A stretch of DNA of 63,666 nucleotides, the filler included, from Lenisia limosa (lineage: Eukaryota; Protista; Breviatea): assembly GCA_001655205.1 (NCBI GenBank). It is 15 parts of 15 records of this genome, joined end to end, with 100 filler letters (N's around TTAATTAATTAA, not from the genome) between each part and the next. Parts side by side here need not be neighbours in the genome. Positions count along the whole stretch, not along the records: positions 37,034 to 40,910 come from LPNZ01001651.1; positions 41,011 to 50,500 come from LPNZ01005411.1; positions 50,601 to 52,617 come from LPNZ01000421.1; 12 more parts are not named here. One strand, written 5' to 3'. Shown one piece after another: positions 37,316 to 50,730 of this stretch. The notes under the pieces were generated by a model. That model made no database searches. It worked only from the letters and a program-made list of their open reading frames with translations, and was not told the DNA's origin. Position 1 is the stretch's first letter; every line of letters begins with the position of its first letter. Position numbers and translations under genes: made by a program.

Positions 37316-40300
37316 CCCGTTCTACAGAGCCTTCACGCCGAATAATCAGGCCAATTGACAGACGCGGTTCTAGCACCACTGTTCTTTCTGAGTTGGCTCG
37401 ACAAGCTGTGCCTGGCATGGGTGATGATGAGCTATCGGAATCGGAATCCGAACCTGAACTGAACTTTGTGACTGTTCCCCACGCAGCACCTAGCTCTGAA
37501 AGGTGGGTGGTTGAGCCTCCTTAGTCATAGACTGAAACTATTTTTATATTTTTCTTTAATAGCAATATTTTATCGGTTTTGGGAACCGTATAGAAGAATA
37601 TATACTAGTCCCTGCAGAAAAATAGCTGTTGCCTCGTTACTTTCCCACGTTTACCGACCAGAGGGAGCCCCGAGCATGGCATGTGGCTCAATGGACTCGA
37701 TAATTCTGAGAGCTTCACGACAGAAGCGCGTGGTCGGGCTATATCGTTTGAAGGCTTTGTCAGGACTATGAGCATTCTTGCACGCGGTACACGAAGGGAG
37801 AAAGCCGAATGTTGGCCGGAATAGAGGTTGTGAAATATGGCTAAAGGTTGATGGAATTTGGCATCTTTGGTATGAAATATGTATGGTTTGGTGTGGAGGG
37901 TTATGAAATGTTCTGGTGGTCTTTCGTGTCAGAAACGACCGATTCTTTTGATAGTTTCTCGAAAATGATACACTTTTTGGTCTTTTGTTGAAACAGGGAA
38001 AAATAAATTTATGAAAATGATTTGTTTAGTTCTGTTTTTTATCTTTGATCTTCGTGGAGAAGGCGAAATTCACATGACATCTGCGAGAAGGTTTGTCTTA
38101 CTTTGGCTTCCCTATTAGTCTCTTTTTTACAAGATTACCTATGTTGTCTGAAAATCTGACCACGCATTGCAGACATAGAATCAACCATTTATTACCATTC
38201 CGTTTTTTTGTTTTGCTTGATGACTGACCCCACTTTTCAGCGTTTTGGTATCGTTTATGGAGGTATTTGTGTCGCTGGCTGGTAGCCTGGTGTCTTATCT
38301 TGGTGGGAATGGCCCCTGATAATAAGGATCGTATTGTAGGGGGACTGTCATTGTGTTCAGGCCGGGAAGAGTCTTTTAACCTTTTTGCTGTATTATTTCC
38401 CAAGGAAAATCGGTTAACACTCTCGTGGTCAGTATAGTATATACAGCGATATTATAGCCATATCATATAATATATAGTATAGTATACATATGATACGATA
38501 TATATATCATTACAATGTGTTGTAGGATCCACACTGCTTCCTTTTTTCTCATCTTCCGACCAACGTTGCTTTTCTCAAATGTTGAGCCCATCGAGGTGAT
38601 TTTTTTAAAAAAATCCTTCTCACCCCTCCCATAGATACCGCAACGCGGGAGAACTATGCTGACGATGGTAACCCCCATTCGTCCACCTTCAATTCCCCCT
38701 TCAATACTGATGCGTATATTCGAGTATGCCGGGGGGGTTCAATAACCATCACTCTTTCATCATTTTCCATCATTTTGCTAACTTTCATCAACATACTTCT
38801 TTTTACGATTTTACCAAAGCCACCCTCTTTTAGGCAATTCGAGGGCTGCAGAAGGACAACAAGGCTAAAAGGCACGAGTTTCCTCAACCTATCGAGGATG
38901 AGCCGGGTTTGTGGAGAACTATAAGGCTCAAAAGTGCAAACCCATTCCTTCGCTATTACAGTATAATGGAAACAATAGCCAACTTTTTTTTATATTTCGT
39001 ATTAGCCAGATGATGGCCAGAGACAGTACCATCATGGCTCTTTCACCAATATACTATCCGTCTAGTGATTATGTGTTAACGATTTCAGGTATTGAGTACT
39101 CTACTACGTTGTTCAGGGCTGCTGAGGTTGGGGTCGCAATTTTAACTATCGTAAAATAGAAAAGTCATATCACTGACCCTTTAAGATGTCAGAAGAAACC
39201 AACAGTAACGGCGAGGACAAAGGAGACGAATTCGCGGAATTGGTTTCGCATGAGCACTGGTAGGTACAGCAGCTATATAATATACTAAGGCTAAACTATT
39301 CCCCAAGAAATATCAGACACGTTTTAATTTGTGTTCTCAATTTTCCAATTCAGCATTTTCTTAACCCTTTAGGGAACCAACAACAGTTTCCTCCAATAAA
39401 CCCCCCGTTGCACCAACTGGTAAGACTGTATCTCTACCCAGGATTTATTTTTGTAAGATCTTAATATCAATCGATAAATTAAGCCGAAAGTACTGAATCT
39501 ACCTTTTTCAAAAATTTAAATTAATTTCACCAGCACCACCCCGCACCCATCTCCCCGGATACAATAGACGAAAAAAGATGTCACGTGCGGTTTATGACAG
39601 CTTCTTTGCCAAGCCTTCTTTTGTGGATGAAGGTAGCCATTATATTTTATATCGATATGTACTACGTTCAACAATCGAGTATACTATAATTTTCTGATTG
39701 TAATATCGACCCCAATCACAGCGTTGGATGGACAGTTCGTCACACTTGTCGTAACTCACCCGTTAGGACACCGACCGCCAACACGCCGTGGATTCTCTCG
39801 CTCACCTATTTCACCTGGTTTGCTGGGGGGGATTGTAGTCATCAACGTTCTTAGACATTTAAAAATAAAGGGGGAACTAAAAGGGGGAAAGGGGGTGTTA
39901 GGTTGATTTTTGGTGTTTTTTTTTTGCCAAATTTTATACTGGGGTTTTATTATTTTATGCTTCATATATGGGGGGGGTAAAATTTACCCCCCTCCCGAAA
40001 CAGTTTTTACTCTCACCCCTCCAGAAACGTCTGAAAACAGCGGGCATCCCACAGACCCTTGCATCCAAGGTCTGGCTCAAATGAGAGCACGTACCTCAAC
40101 TCTCCATGAGGTAAGTATTCCATGTTTCGAAATGAATAATAAAAGGCATTATTTTGATCAAAACAGGGTTTTAGGTTTTAAAACCCAAGCAAGCACAGCT
40201 TGTCTTGACATTTCAGATGGTCATGGACCACGGGTTTGGCCGAGCCGTAAATGAGCTCCTGGGATCAATGGTCACTGAAGTTGGGGTCAACCAAAACGCC

Positions 40301-40387
40301 TGTATGGCGCGAGAGCGTTTCTTGGCGTGGTGCATCCAGTCTGCTGCAATGCAGGAGATGGTTGAAGTCTTGGACACAGTTTTCTGA
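37316..40387 (+). CDS. EF-hand-like (NCS/calcineurin-B-type motif) multi-exon protein, C-terminal part
   Basis: AISFEGFVRTMSILARGTRREKAE|FLFFIFDLRGEGEIH; later exons AIRGLQKDNKAKRHEF.., RKKMSRAVYDSFFAKP; terminal exon MVMDHGFG..RERFLAWCIQSAAMQEMVEVLDTVF-TGA. Confidence 0.6.
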
Positions 40388-41199
40388 AGACCTCCGGAGT
40401 TTCATTTGATTTAGGTACTCAAAGGATGTCAGCATTCTTATTATTATCTCTTTTTTTTGTTTCGTTTGATGTTTGTTTCTGTATGTGAGTATTAATGCAA
40501 AGTTCCTCTATGCGTAATTTCTGACATCCAAAGGTTACAGGATTTCCATATTTCTTGAGACAATGAGGAGAGAGAGATNNNNNNNNNNNNNNNNNNNNNN
40601 NNNNNNNNNNNNNNNNNNNNNNNNNNNNNNNNNNNNNNNNNNNNNNNNNNNNNNNNNNNNNNNNNNNNNNNNNNNNNNNNNNNNNNNGCGTGGACCAAGA
40701 AAAGCATTCACCCAAACACTGATGAAATACCAGTTGTATACACCCCCAGATTATTGATGCTTTAAAGTTCAAAGTTCACAGTTCAAAGTTTTCATTTAAT
40801 TCTTGAAATCTGTTTTCTGTGTGTGTGAGTAGTGTTACTCAGGCAGGATCAGGAGCCCACCCTGAACCCCCAGCACACGTTTTTAATCTAGAGAACTCTT
40901 AGAACCCCCGNNNNNNNNNNNNNNNNNNNNNNNNNNNNNNNNNNNNNNNNNNNNTTAATTAATTAANNNNNNNNNNNNNNNNNNNNNNNNNNNNNNNNNN
41001 NNNNNNNNNNCCTCCAAGCCCAGGCCAAGCAGGTGCAATGGGTCGTTAGGAATGAATAAGGAAAACAACAGTTTCTAATCTTGGTAGCCTTCTAAATCGG
41101 GTTATTGATTTTTTGATTCATAAATTGTACTGACCCAAATACTACATGAGCTCAACTGCAAACAAACAAGTTGGTACCCCAAACATATATCTCCCCAAA

Positions 41200-41320
41200 C
41201 CCTCGTGTGTTGTTATCAACCCTCGTGTGCTATTATCAACCCTTTTGTGTTGTTAGCCAGCAGAGTTGATTTGGGCTTTTTTTGTTTTGTTGTCAACCCC
41301 TGTGTGTTGTCAGCCAACAG
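41200..41320 (+). repeat. 3'-intron-end repeat family (copy 7) with tandem 20-bp 5' units
   Basis: ccctcgtgtgttgttatcaa-type units x3, agccagcagagttgatttgggc, then a restart at tcaacccctgtgtgttgtcagccaacag into a gap that precedes a CLASP exon. Confidence 0.8.
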
Positions 41321-41478
41321 NNNNNNNNNNNNNNNNNNNNNNNNNNNNNNNNNNNNNNNNNNNNNNNNNNNNNNNNNNNNNNNNNNNNNNNNNNNNNNNN
41401 NNNNNNNNNNNNNNNNNNNNNNNNNNNNNNNNNNNNNNNNNNNNNNNNNNNNNNNNNNNNNNNNNNNNNNNNNNNNNN

Positions 41479-44025
41479 CGTCACCAGCAGCCCGGAGGAG
41501 GAACCTGTCCAGAGGTTCGAAATAGATCGTCTTATCATGAATCATCGTTATTACTCTTTTATTTGTTAGCTTTATGTCTGATCTCTTAGTTCGAGGCCGT
41601 TCTCCGGCAAAAGAGCGCCTCCATCACCCCTCCATTCCGAGCCCTCTATTCCTCCCTCCCCCGCATCCCATCAAAATCCATCCTACCACCAGCCCCACAC
41701 TGTGCATCCCGCATATAAGCCTGAACCATCCGCCAAGCCGACCCCTCAGATCAAACCCTCTGCCGCAGCCTCTCAGTCGACTTACTCCGCCAATCACGCG
41801 CAGCATCCGAGGAAGCATGATAAAGCGGTTAGCGGTGATATTTCCGTGCAATTAATTGAAAAAGTATTTGCAAAATATGACGTGGGTCGTATTGTAACGA
41901 GAACCCCTTTTCCGACACTTTAATTTCTCATTTTGTCATTTAATTTCCTCAAAAAATTATTTGCACGGAGCCCTAGTGATATATATATTTGAACATCGTC
42001 ACATCTACAGACATACACATAACAGTGTGAATATTTGGTTGAAACACAACTGGTGGGGTTTGAGGCAAAAGAGTAATGAATAGTTAATCTAACTATTTTC
42101 AAATTTCAAATATTTTCGTTGTCGTACAGTGCCCAATGAAAACCCCGTATAATCACATTAGGAACCTGTGGTTGTGAGTGGCCCTCCCGCCGGCTCTTCT
42201 CCTTCCGAAGCGGTCCGCCCGTCGTTTGCGTCTCTTCACAACGTCAGAGTCAAGGCTCAGGCTGCTCAAGCTTCTATGTGGGTGTATGGAGGTTATTACT
42301 TTGGGCTGATTAGGTGTTTTGGACTGATGGGAAATCCGCTTCTTCTGACTACGCTGTATTGTTCACCCTCATAAGCTGCTGTTCTTACATGTTGCCTCAC
42401 CCCTCATAAGCTGCTGTTCTTACATGTTGCCTCACCCCTCAGGTCGGACTCTTCATGGCAGGACAGAATTGTGTCGTGTCTTTCATCTGGTTCAACTCGT
42501 GAGAGGACCAAAATCTCTTTTATTTTCAGTATTCTTATAATGCTTTTTGTAATTTTTTGAACACATCACATCACCTCGAAAACTAGCGATATTTTACCGT
42601 TATTTTTCGAACCAAAGTGAAGGTCTGCCTATTCCCCCTGACGCCCCAGCCGGTCCGCAGCGTCTGGCGATGTTGGCGGTCCTGCAGGAGGCGGCCGAAA
42701 AGGCTCCGTCCCGGGTGTGGAAGGCGGCTTTCGGCCAAATGCTCCTTGTCGTGCTCGAGGCGTTGTCGGATGTCGAAGTAAGTGTTGTCCATTTTAGTGA
42801 AACCATTGTCATTCTACTTTTTTAGGAGTATCAGCCGTTTGTATTCATCACTTTCTTCTGCCAAATCCTCTTTTGCTCTGTTCTCACCCCCAGGTATCGG
42901 TCCGCGAATCAGCCATCAACACCATCCGCATCATGGTGGGCTGCTACCCTTCATCCTTCACCAGCTACCTCAATGTTGTCTTAGTCAAGGTNNNNNNNNN
43001 NNNNNNNNNNNNNNNNNNNNNNNNNNNNNNNNNNNNNNNNNNNNNNNNNNNNNNNNNNNNNNNNNNNNNNNNNNNNNNNNNNNNNNNNNNNNNNNNNNNN
43101 NNNNNNNNNNNNNNNNNNNNNNNNNNNNNNNNNNNNNNNNNNNNNNNNNNNNNNNNNNNNNNNNNNNNNATTTACTCCCCCTTCCCCACATTCATTATAA
43201 TTTCCTTCGTTTCTCTCCCACATTCATTATAATTTCCTTCGTTTCTCCCCCACATTCATTATAATTCCACCACCCCCACAGCTGCTGGAGGGCTACCGCG
43301 ACCCGGTACGAGCAATTGAGAGTGTCACTGAGGAAGCACTGACCACAATGGTCAGGTCCGTGGACCCCCATCTCATGCTCGACGTCATTGTTCCTCAGGT
43401 GGCGTGGGTAGACGTTTTTATTGTTTGCTACATGGGAGGTTGTCGGTCGTCTGATTGAAATGTATTGGAGGAGGGGTTGCATGAAGTACTTGGTGAAAGA
43501 TGGCATTACTTCCATATAATACATAGCTACACACTATATATGCATATATTACATCGTATACTATATGATATATTGTTTGCCACGACGCTCCCCTAAACCG
43601 CTGTTACAGCCAGGACGCTAACCCAGTAGGTTGCTACTGAGACTGTACCGGTACTTCAGCCTTGTGTACGACTGGTGGCACAGGTGGTATGCAGGGCTTC
43701 AATGGGGCTTGCATACGTGAGAAAGACCGTATTTGGCAAGGTATTCAATGTTGGTTCCGATGAGCCCCTCACACTGTAGTGCAAGCAGTTGGACGGTGTG
43801 GTGCTGGAGAAGATGATGCCGTCAGTGCTTTCGCAGCTCTTCCAGGCCTTCAGACACGACAATCCAGACGTGAGACGCGCGGTCACCTTCTGTCTCGTGG
43901 ACCTCTATACTGTCATCGGCGACTCTCTCTTGCCGCACCTCTCGCCTCTCAGCAACAGCCAGCTCAAACTCGTCACTATCTACATCCAAAGGCTCAAGGA
44001 TCAGCAGAAGGCCTCAGCAAGACAG
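41479..44025 (+). CDS. CLASP: CLASP (CLIP-associating protein), linker and C-terminal TOG domain
   Basis: RVWKAAFGQMLLVVLEALSDVE|VSVRESAINTIRIMVGCYPSSFTSYLNVVLVK|LLEGYRDPVRAIESVTEEAL..|..QAFRHDNPDVRRAVTFCLVDLYTVIGDSLLPHLSPLSNSQLKLVTIYIQR, typical of the CLASP C-terminus. Confidence 0.88.
41837..41975. mobile_element. hAT MITE family B, in a CLASP intron
   Basis: Left (degenerate) tttccgtgcaattaattgaaaa, right aattatttgcacggagcccta; core gtgggtcgtattgtaacgagaacccc shared with 58368 and 59438. Confidence 0.75.
42363..42442. repeat. 35-bp tandem duplication of an intron 3' end
   Basis: tcacc(c)ctcataagctgctgttcttacatgttgcc x2, followed by tcacccctcag|exon. Confidence 0.9.
43184..43266. repeat. 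32-bp tandem repeat x2.5 at an intron 3' end
   Basis: cacattcattataatt starts at 43187, 43219 and 43251; acceptor AG at 43280-43281. Confidence 0.9.
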
Positions 44026-45936
44026 GTTCGTCAATCGGATCCAATGGAGTTCATACTAGTTTTTCTTCATTCTTAATTCAAATAATTTCAGTCACTACAC
44101 AACTTGCTTTATCAATACCCAATTCTCAACGAACATTCGAACCTGTCCACCCCATTCCCATTTCTCACCTCCTCAGCCGTCCGATCCTGCTGACACGTAC
44201 TCCTCCCCCGCACGGACGCCAAACCCCCCAGCTGTCCCCCCCACTAAAACCTACTCCAACTCCCCAGGAATCTAACCATCTTACTGTACAAGTAGAACAA
44301 TGCATTTTTTCTTCTTTCCTTTACTCTGAGAACACGGACGAGTCACCTAGCACAGGGTCCAGACAGGGGTCGTCTTTTGGTGTTTTCTGTGACTCAAACC
44401 AGTCGTCCGTGGAATGTACTGAGGGAGGCGCCTGTGTTTCAAACGATGCTTCTATTCTCTTGATGTCGTCTGCAATACGTTGCGCCTAGGCCGTTATTTA
44501 CATTGAATCCTATGATAAAAAAAACTCTGTGCTTCAAAACGCACGGAAGTGTAAATGAAAGGATAACAACAGCTACTTCAATGACTTCCTGAAACCTTGC
44601 AATAAATTATAATCCAACTTTTTGACAAAAGTAGGGAACTATATCGAAAAATCTCGCACCCGCCCCCCCTACGTATTTGGTATGCAAAACGAAAGTGGCG
44701 ACGACAGATTCGGGATGGAAGGCTTCAGGGTCGTCAACACTCACCATTGCATCCTAAATAATGAATAATTAATAACATATAATATAGTAATGAGAAATAA
44801 AAAATAAGGTTGTATCNNNNNNNNNNNNNNNNNNNNNNNNNNNNNNNNNNNNNNNNNNNNNNNNNNNNNNNNNNNCCCAATCATTTGCCTTACTCTGCGT
44901 GCCTCCACAGTTTACAAATACCAATGTGTGATATCCCTCACTCTCACTACATATTTTCAGAAGTGAGTTTAAAATGTCCCTTATGGCACCAGCAAACACA
45001 AATACACAACACAGCACTCCATCTCCATGCCTTTCCAACCTGAGAGATTTCCGAGTCGAAGGCTCCGAGTCCCTCCTCGCGCCACATTTTGACGGTGCTA
45101 TCCACAGAGGTGAGGGAATGCAGGGCAGTGGGCCAGCTGATAGACGACATATCTGCTGTGTCAGATGTGGTCAATGTAATGAGCCGAAGAGGGTCTGATA
45201 ACTACAGATGATGGTCAACATTGTGCAAAAAAGGAAAAAAGCCACCACACCGAGTTCGTCCGACACCATTGTTGACAGTTGAACCATGATATACGTGGGA
45301 GTGGGTTGGCTGAAGCGGACTTGCGTAAGGGGGGCGCAGAGTAGCACATTCTAAAACAAACGGATAATTTCTCAAGAGTTTTACGTTATACGAAATTCCA
45401 GAGAGCGGAAGTAAGCACTCAAAGTAGCTAAGAAAGACCAGTGATAACCCCTTACTTTGTCCGTGAACGCCTGAAGGAATCGTGGTGATATCGACAGTGT
45501 CGCACTGGTGAGAAGGGCAGACCCTGATGATATGCACTCGGCTACCCCCACCTTCTCATAGAAGTCTGAACAATTACAGTTCTCAAAAAATAGTCTGATG
45601 AAAAGAATAGCTCTTCACTGTCCGCTTGAGCCCTATTTTGTTGATTCCTCCCCCCTTACAAGCCCCAAATGAATGGGTGGTTTGGAGTACAGAGAGAATT
45701 AATCGTCGCAATCGTCTTCCAGACCATGAAATGTTCTAAACTGTCAAGAGAATTCTGAAACCGTAAAGAGCTGTTCTTAACCAGTCAACATAAAAATAGT
45801 GTCTCCAATTCTGCAGACCGTCAAAAGGATAGAATGCAAAGTTCTTCAGAGATAGAGTGACTAAACAGAACCAAAAATTCATTCATTCATAAATAGCAAG
45901 AATATAATTGTTAAAAAGAAATATTTGTATTATGTA

Positions 45937-46013
45937 CAGTGACCGGGAAAGTCATGACCGATTTTCCTTGGGAATTCATATAGCAAATCGGTTAAGACTT
46001 ACCCCAGTCACTA
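45937..46013. mobile_element. Tc1/pogo-type MITE (CAGTGACCG family)
   Basis: TA|CAGTGACCGGGAAAGTCATGACCGATTT..AAATCGGTTAAGACTTACCCCAGTCACTA|TA; same element as 4095-4173 in the opposite orientation. Confidence 0.85.
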
Positions 46014-46309
46014 TATACAGCACTCCATACTTTCCACTGTGTGACCATGTCGGAAATGAGTTTTGGAGTGATGAGCTTGCGGTGCATTGGGGGCATTAGG
46101 TACTTCAGCTCAGACTTGAGGTCTAGCTCCTCTATATCGTCTTCTTCTGGGGTATACTCCAGCTAAATCGTAAAAGGCAGACAGTAGAGCCTATAAATGA
46201 CGAGCTTCTGATTCACCGTTGGTAAGTCCAGATAGCACCACGTCTAATGACCCGCATCCCTTCAGACCCATCCTATCCCTTCAGACCCATCCTATGCCTC
46301 CTTCATCAG

Positions 46310-47965
46310 TCCTCGTACCCTGAGCTGCACCACTGCCAGGGCAATTGCGATGTTTGGTTTCACTGTGTTGAGGCCCCTTGGAAGGTTAGTGAGATTATAT
46401 GGAATTGGCTTCATATCAGGGTTTCTGGAACAAAACAACCAATATTGATGTAGCGAATTGTGAGATAAGGAAAGATTGTGCCAAGACTGTCAGAAACAAG
46501 AAGCCCATTAACTGGATCTGAGAATGCGAAACAACAGCCCACTTTTGATAGTTCAGGAGAGCGGAATGGGTGATGAACTTCAGTGCGCCTTTTGAGAGTA
46601 ACTCCGGGGACTAAACTGTGAGAAATACCCGCGAGTTATCATAAACAATCCCAAATAGAAAAGTCTATTCAACTTGATCTTGGTCAAAGATAAAAAGACA
46701 ACTGCAAGTTAAAATACTATTCCCCTCGAGATACACGGAACTACCCACATCAAGGAGGCACTGGGGCTTGAGATGAAGCGAAACCATAGGAGCGGAAGTG
46801 TCCGCGTACCATCCTAAATGATGACGTTGTCAATCTTGCGTTCCTTAAAAGCCTTATGATAAATATCGATATTATATTGGTTTTTGGGAGAGAAGAGAAG
46901 CCCTGGTTAAACGGCTTGACAATAAAAAGACAGGTATTAAAGAAGCAAAGCCGACACAAGAGATCCGAGATCAATCATAGTTTTATCATGAACTGACCGA
47001 GGCTTGATCGAGCAAAGTGCTGCCACTCATTGTGGGTGGTCAACATCGCTATGAAGTCTGTGTCCTCACAATAGTGCTTCAGACCCGACTGCGGGATAAG
47101 AAATAGTTTGCATGTCGTTTTGAGAGAGAAGCAACCCCTACCAAATGATCAAAAAGAAGGAAGTAGAAGTTGTGCTCTGGGTAGTCATGCACTTCGAGTT
47201 CGTTCAAAACCGCGCTCCTACATCCATAACGCAAAATAAAACACAAAATAATCAGAAATAAATTAGAGTAACACAAGAATCGCACTGCAGAGCACCCCCA
47301 CATGAGTTCACGCGCCGTTGTGGACACCACACACTCGACATTGAGGACGCGACGAGGCTCATTGGCCAAGCTCAGCAGCTCAACCTAATGCGTAAAGAGA
47401 TTGTCTTGGAGATGTTGATGAGGGAATCACATTCTTTACCGACCTCGACAGTAGTCCAAAAGGAGTCAGAAAGGTCCAAATGCTCTTCTTTCTCCAAGAT
47501 CCGAAGGTGCATCACCGTCTCATTAGTAGGGGGGTCAGCCATCTTGGCCAGCCCCAAATCCTGTCACACTTGAACTTCCAAGTCTCAGAGCTTGACGGTG
47601 CTCTTGTGGAGAAGAGGCGGAATGTGTCAGTAAGGCGGAATAAACTGTCGCAAATAACCCTGCTTTTCCTGAAATTTTACAGTTTTATAGCGAGATGGGC
47701 AAAAGGAGGACAAGAGAGAGAAATTGCGGAAGGAGTCAAGATCAGCAGGATCTTGTCATCTTGTGAAAAAATCTTGTTCCTGGTTCCCCCCCTCTCACCC
47801 CTCTCAAGCTTGGCTTTTCACTATTGGATTTTATATGAAACGTATATTCATATCAGCAGACTAAACCCCCTCAGACCAGGACCAATGATCACTGTTTGTT
47901 TTGCTATCTCCTCCTCATCCTTGTTGCCTCTCCAGTTCTCTGCCACTGGAAGTTTTGAGTAAGCC
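46310..47965 (+). CDS. Uncharacterised multi-exon protein
   Basis: Candidate exons IHGTTHIKEALGLEMKRNHRSG, HEFTRRCGHHTLDIEDATRLIGQAQQLNLM, DVDEGITFFTDLDSSPKGVRKVQMLFFLQDPKVHHRLIS. The model is incomplete. Confidence 0.35.
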
Positions 47966-48162
47966 GGGGTGACGTTTGGGATGGAATTCTCCTGCTGCTT
48001 CGCCCTTTACCAGAGTGTTTTAATATTCAAACTTTGTCTGTTTTATTCCTAGAGTTCTATCTATTCAATAAATCTGCCAATAAATATGGGTATTTCTCGC
48101 TTTTTCTGAGTGCAGCACTAATCCACAACGCTTGACGATTAACACACCCAGAAACGCCAGAC

Positions 48163-50113
48163 ATGATCCTGGAGGTGCTTCTCGTCTGTTTAGGCTGCAT
48201 CGGTGTTGCTTTCATAGTGGTGCAGAAGAAGCTCAAAAAGAAATACAAAACTACCATTAAAGTGGACAATGTAGGGTCCGGGTTCTGGGTCGTCGTCTTA
48301 GGACTCTATGGCTAACTATAATCGAATATCCCTTGTTAGCGATTGTTTGGACTGATGCTACCTTGCTTTATTTCCATTTCTACATCACACTATGTATCTG
48401 CATGGCTTCTTACGACCCCCAGGGAGGCTTCGAGGACTTCACGAACGAATCGATACTTGAAGCCGCGCCAGCTCCGACTGTGGAGGTAGGTACCTATGGC
48501 TGGAATTACATTGGAGTAAGAACTTATGTATTCGGTGTTATGATAGACCTGGGGCTTTTAGGGCTATCATGGTCTCCCTTTGGATACTTCGAAGATTGCT
48601 TACAGAATCTGGGATTTCTGTCACACGTGAAGTTCTGGACCGTTTCAGTTAACGTAGGGCTTCACTTTGGTCCAAATAAAGACTGGATTTCTCATGAAGG
48701 CCGTACTCCACAGTCTGACCTTCCAGGCCGAGCTCGGTATGGACGAGATCGACCCTTCAATGCTCACAGCCAGGCCTCAAGACTGGGTACCGGAGCCGAT
48801 AGATGAAGAGGAGGAGTACTACGAGGAGGAGTGGATCGAGGAAAAGGAAGGTGTGTATTTGGCTTGTCGTGTTGAAGATCCATTGTTTACTCTTCAGATG
48901 AATATGATGTTGAGGAATACGATCGAGAAGATCATGAAGTATCCCCGCATCTTGGGATGGTTATGGAGACGCTGTACTACAGGGGCTGTTTCTTAGTCTA
49001 AATCCATTTGTGCTGCATATTCATCCTGTTTCTTTTTTCACTTGTAGTTGGTGGGTAGTAAAGGAATATTTCGGGGGATATACCACGTGATGAATGACGG
49101 AAATGTTTTCAGATTCCTCCGCCAAGTTCGGCTTGATGGAGCAAGATGGTCAAAAAGTCTTTTGGATTGTTGGTGGAAATATCAATCAGCTTCATATTCC
49201 CCAAGTGTTGTGCCGACCATTCTCACAGCATCTTATTCACATCACACTTGAATCATACCTCAAGCAAGGCAAAGCAAGGTCCATTTCATGCCCTGAACAG
49301 CCAAGGAGAGCTTCAATTAATAATTAGCTATCCTTTGAGGAAAAACCTACCCCAAACCTGCGACCTGCCTGCGACCCCCAATATATATATTATTTTTTTG
49401 TGGGGTAAACACTAGTACACTAGTTGCACAAAGGGGCAGCAAAGAGGAAAGAAGTCCTTAAACCTTCAGCAGTTATTGTCCCCACTCGATATCAACAGTA
49501 GCAGAATCATGAATGCCAATGCCCACACCCTCTTCAAAGAGCCTGAAGACCTACAGAAAACTGTATGGGGAGGGAATGAACAAATTATTTGTGTCTTATC
49601 ATAATACTATTGTGGTTCATGGAAGCGAGGAGGAATGAGTATATTAAGTGCTATGAAGAAGCGCGTAATATGTCCCGGTGTTAATAATGCCCCGTAGTCA
49701 TGTCCGCTACCGAGAGAGGGATGTTGCTCAGCAGTGTACAAAGGCAACTTTGTGATATGCATGGGAGGAGACGGTGATATCGAATTCGACGACGTCTGGT
49801 GCTTCAATCTTGGTGGGTTGATATGGTGCTTCAATCTTGGCGGCATTGATATGGTGCTTCAATCTTGGTGGGCGAAATGGATGGATTACTTAGGACTATT
49901 AATTTTTTTGAAGAAAATAATTACAACATTTTAAAGTAAAGTGTCTGAAGTTGAGTTTACATTACAATATGTCGCACTTCAAATTTTGTAAATTTTCTTC
50001 AAGATGGATTGATGTAAGAGAGTACTATTCCTCTGTCTACGGATATGACTGTTTAGAAAGCAAAAAGTGGACAGAGAAGAAATGCACTGGGGCGTCACCG
50101 GGTATCAGAGCAG
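48163..50113 (+). CDS. Kelch-repeat protein with N-terminal signal anchor and acidic linker
   Basis: MILEVLLVCLGCIGVAFIVVQKKLKKKYK; acidic exons (EPIDEEEEYYEEEWIEEKE|DEYDVEEYDRED); Kelch blades SCPLPREGCCSAVYKGNFVICMGGDGDIEFDDVWCFNL|ESKKWTEKKCTGASPGIRA. Confidence 0.75.
49797..49873. repeat. 27/28-bp tandem triplication spanning an exon end and 5' splice site
   Basis: tggtgcttcaatcttgg units start at 49797, 49824 and 49852. Confidence 0.9.
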
Positions 50114-50342
50114 GTGAGGCTTTGGTTCTTTTCACATGATGGTTGAGGGTTTTATCAACATTCTTGCCAAGCCTTTAATATCATCGCAACTTAAGAATAT
50201 ATCCGAATATCGGAGTATTAACGTAGGGGTTTGCCATTATCTCATGCAAGGGAAGGCTCAAAGAAATGTTGGATCCGCCTGTGTTGGATACTGATGGATT
50301 TCGAGGATTAGGGAAAAATTGTCTGACGAATGCAATAACGTT

Positions 50343-50407
50343 GACATAAGGTGGGTGACATAAGGTGGGTGACATAAGGTGGGTGACATAAGGTGGGTGA
50401 CAAAGGT
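50343..50407. repeat. 14-bp minisatellite x4.5
   Basis: gacataaggtgggt in tandem. Confidence 0.95.
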
Positions 50408-50730
50408 CCTTACGGATAACTCTCATTCCCCAATTTGTACTTTGATTTCAGTTTCATAATCCCCCCTTGCCTAATATCGTAATCTAGCCCCCCCTTGCTT
50501 NNNNNNNNNNNNNNNNNNNNNNNNNNNNNNNNNNNNNNNNNNNNTTAATTAATTAANNNNNNNNNNNNNNNNNNNNNNNNNNNNNNNNNNNNNNNNNNNN
50601 ATACATAAAGTTGTGAGTGATAGGAGCTCTAGATTCAAAAAACTTACAATTATTCTAAACGCACCTTCTATTTCTTTGCTTTAAAATTTGTTAAATAGCG
50701 CTTTGAGTTCTTAAGTATTACTCCATTTAC

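Noticed and set aside
50343-50407. 14-bp repeat as a coding or regulatory array
   Set aside because: Perfect short minisatellite near a scaffold end; the 50181-50426 ORF only reflects the repeat.
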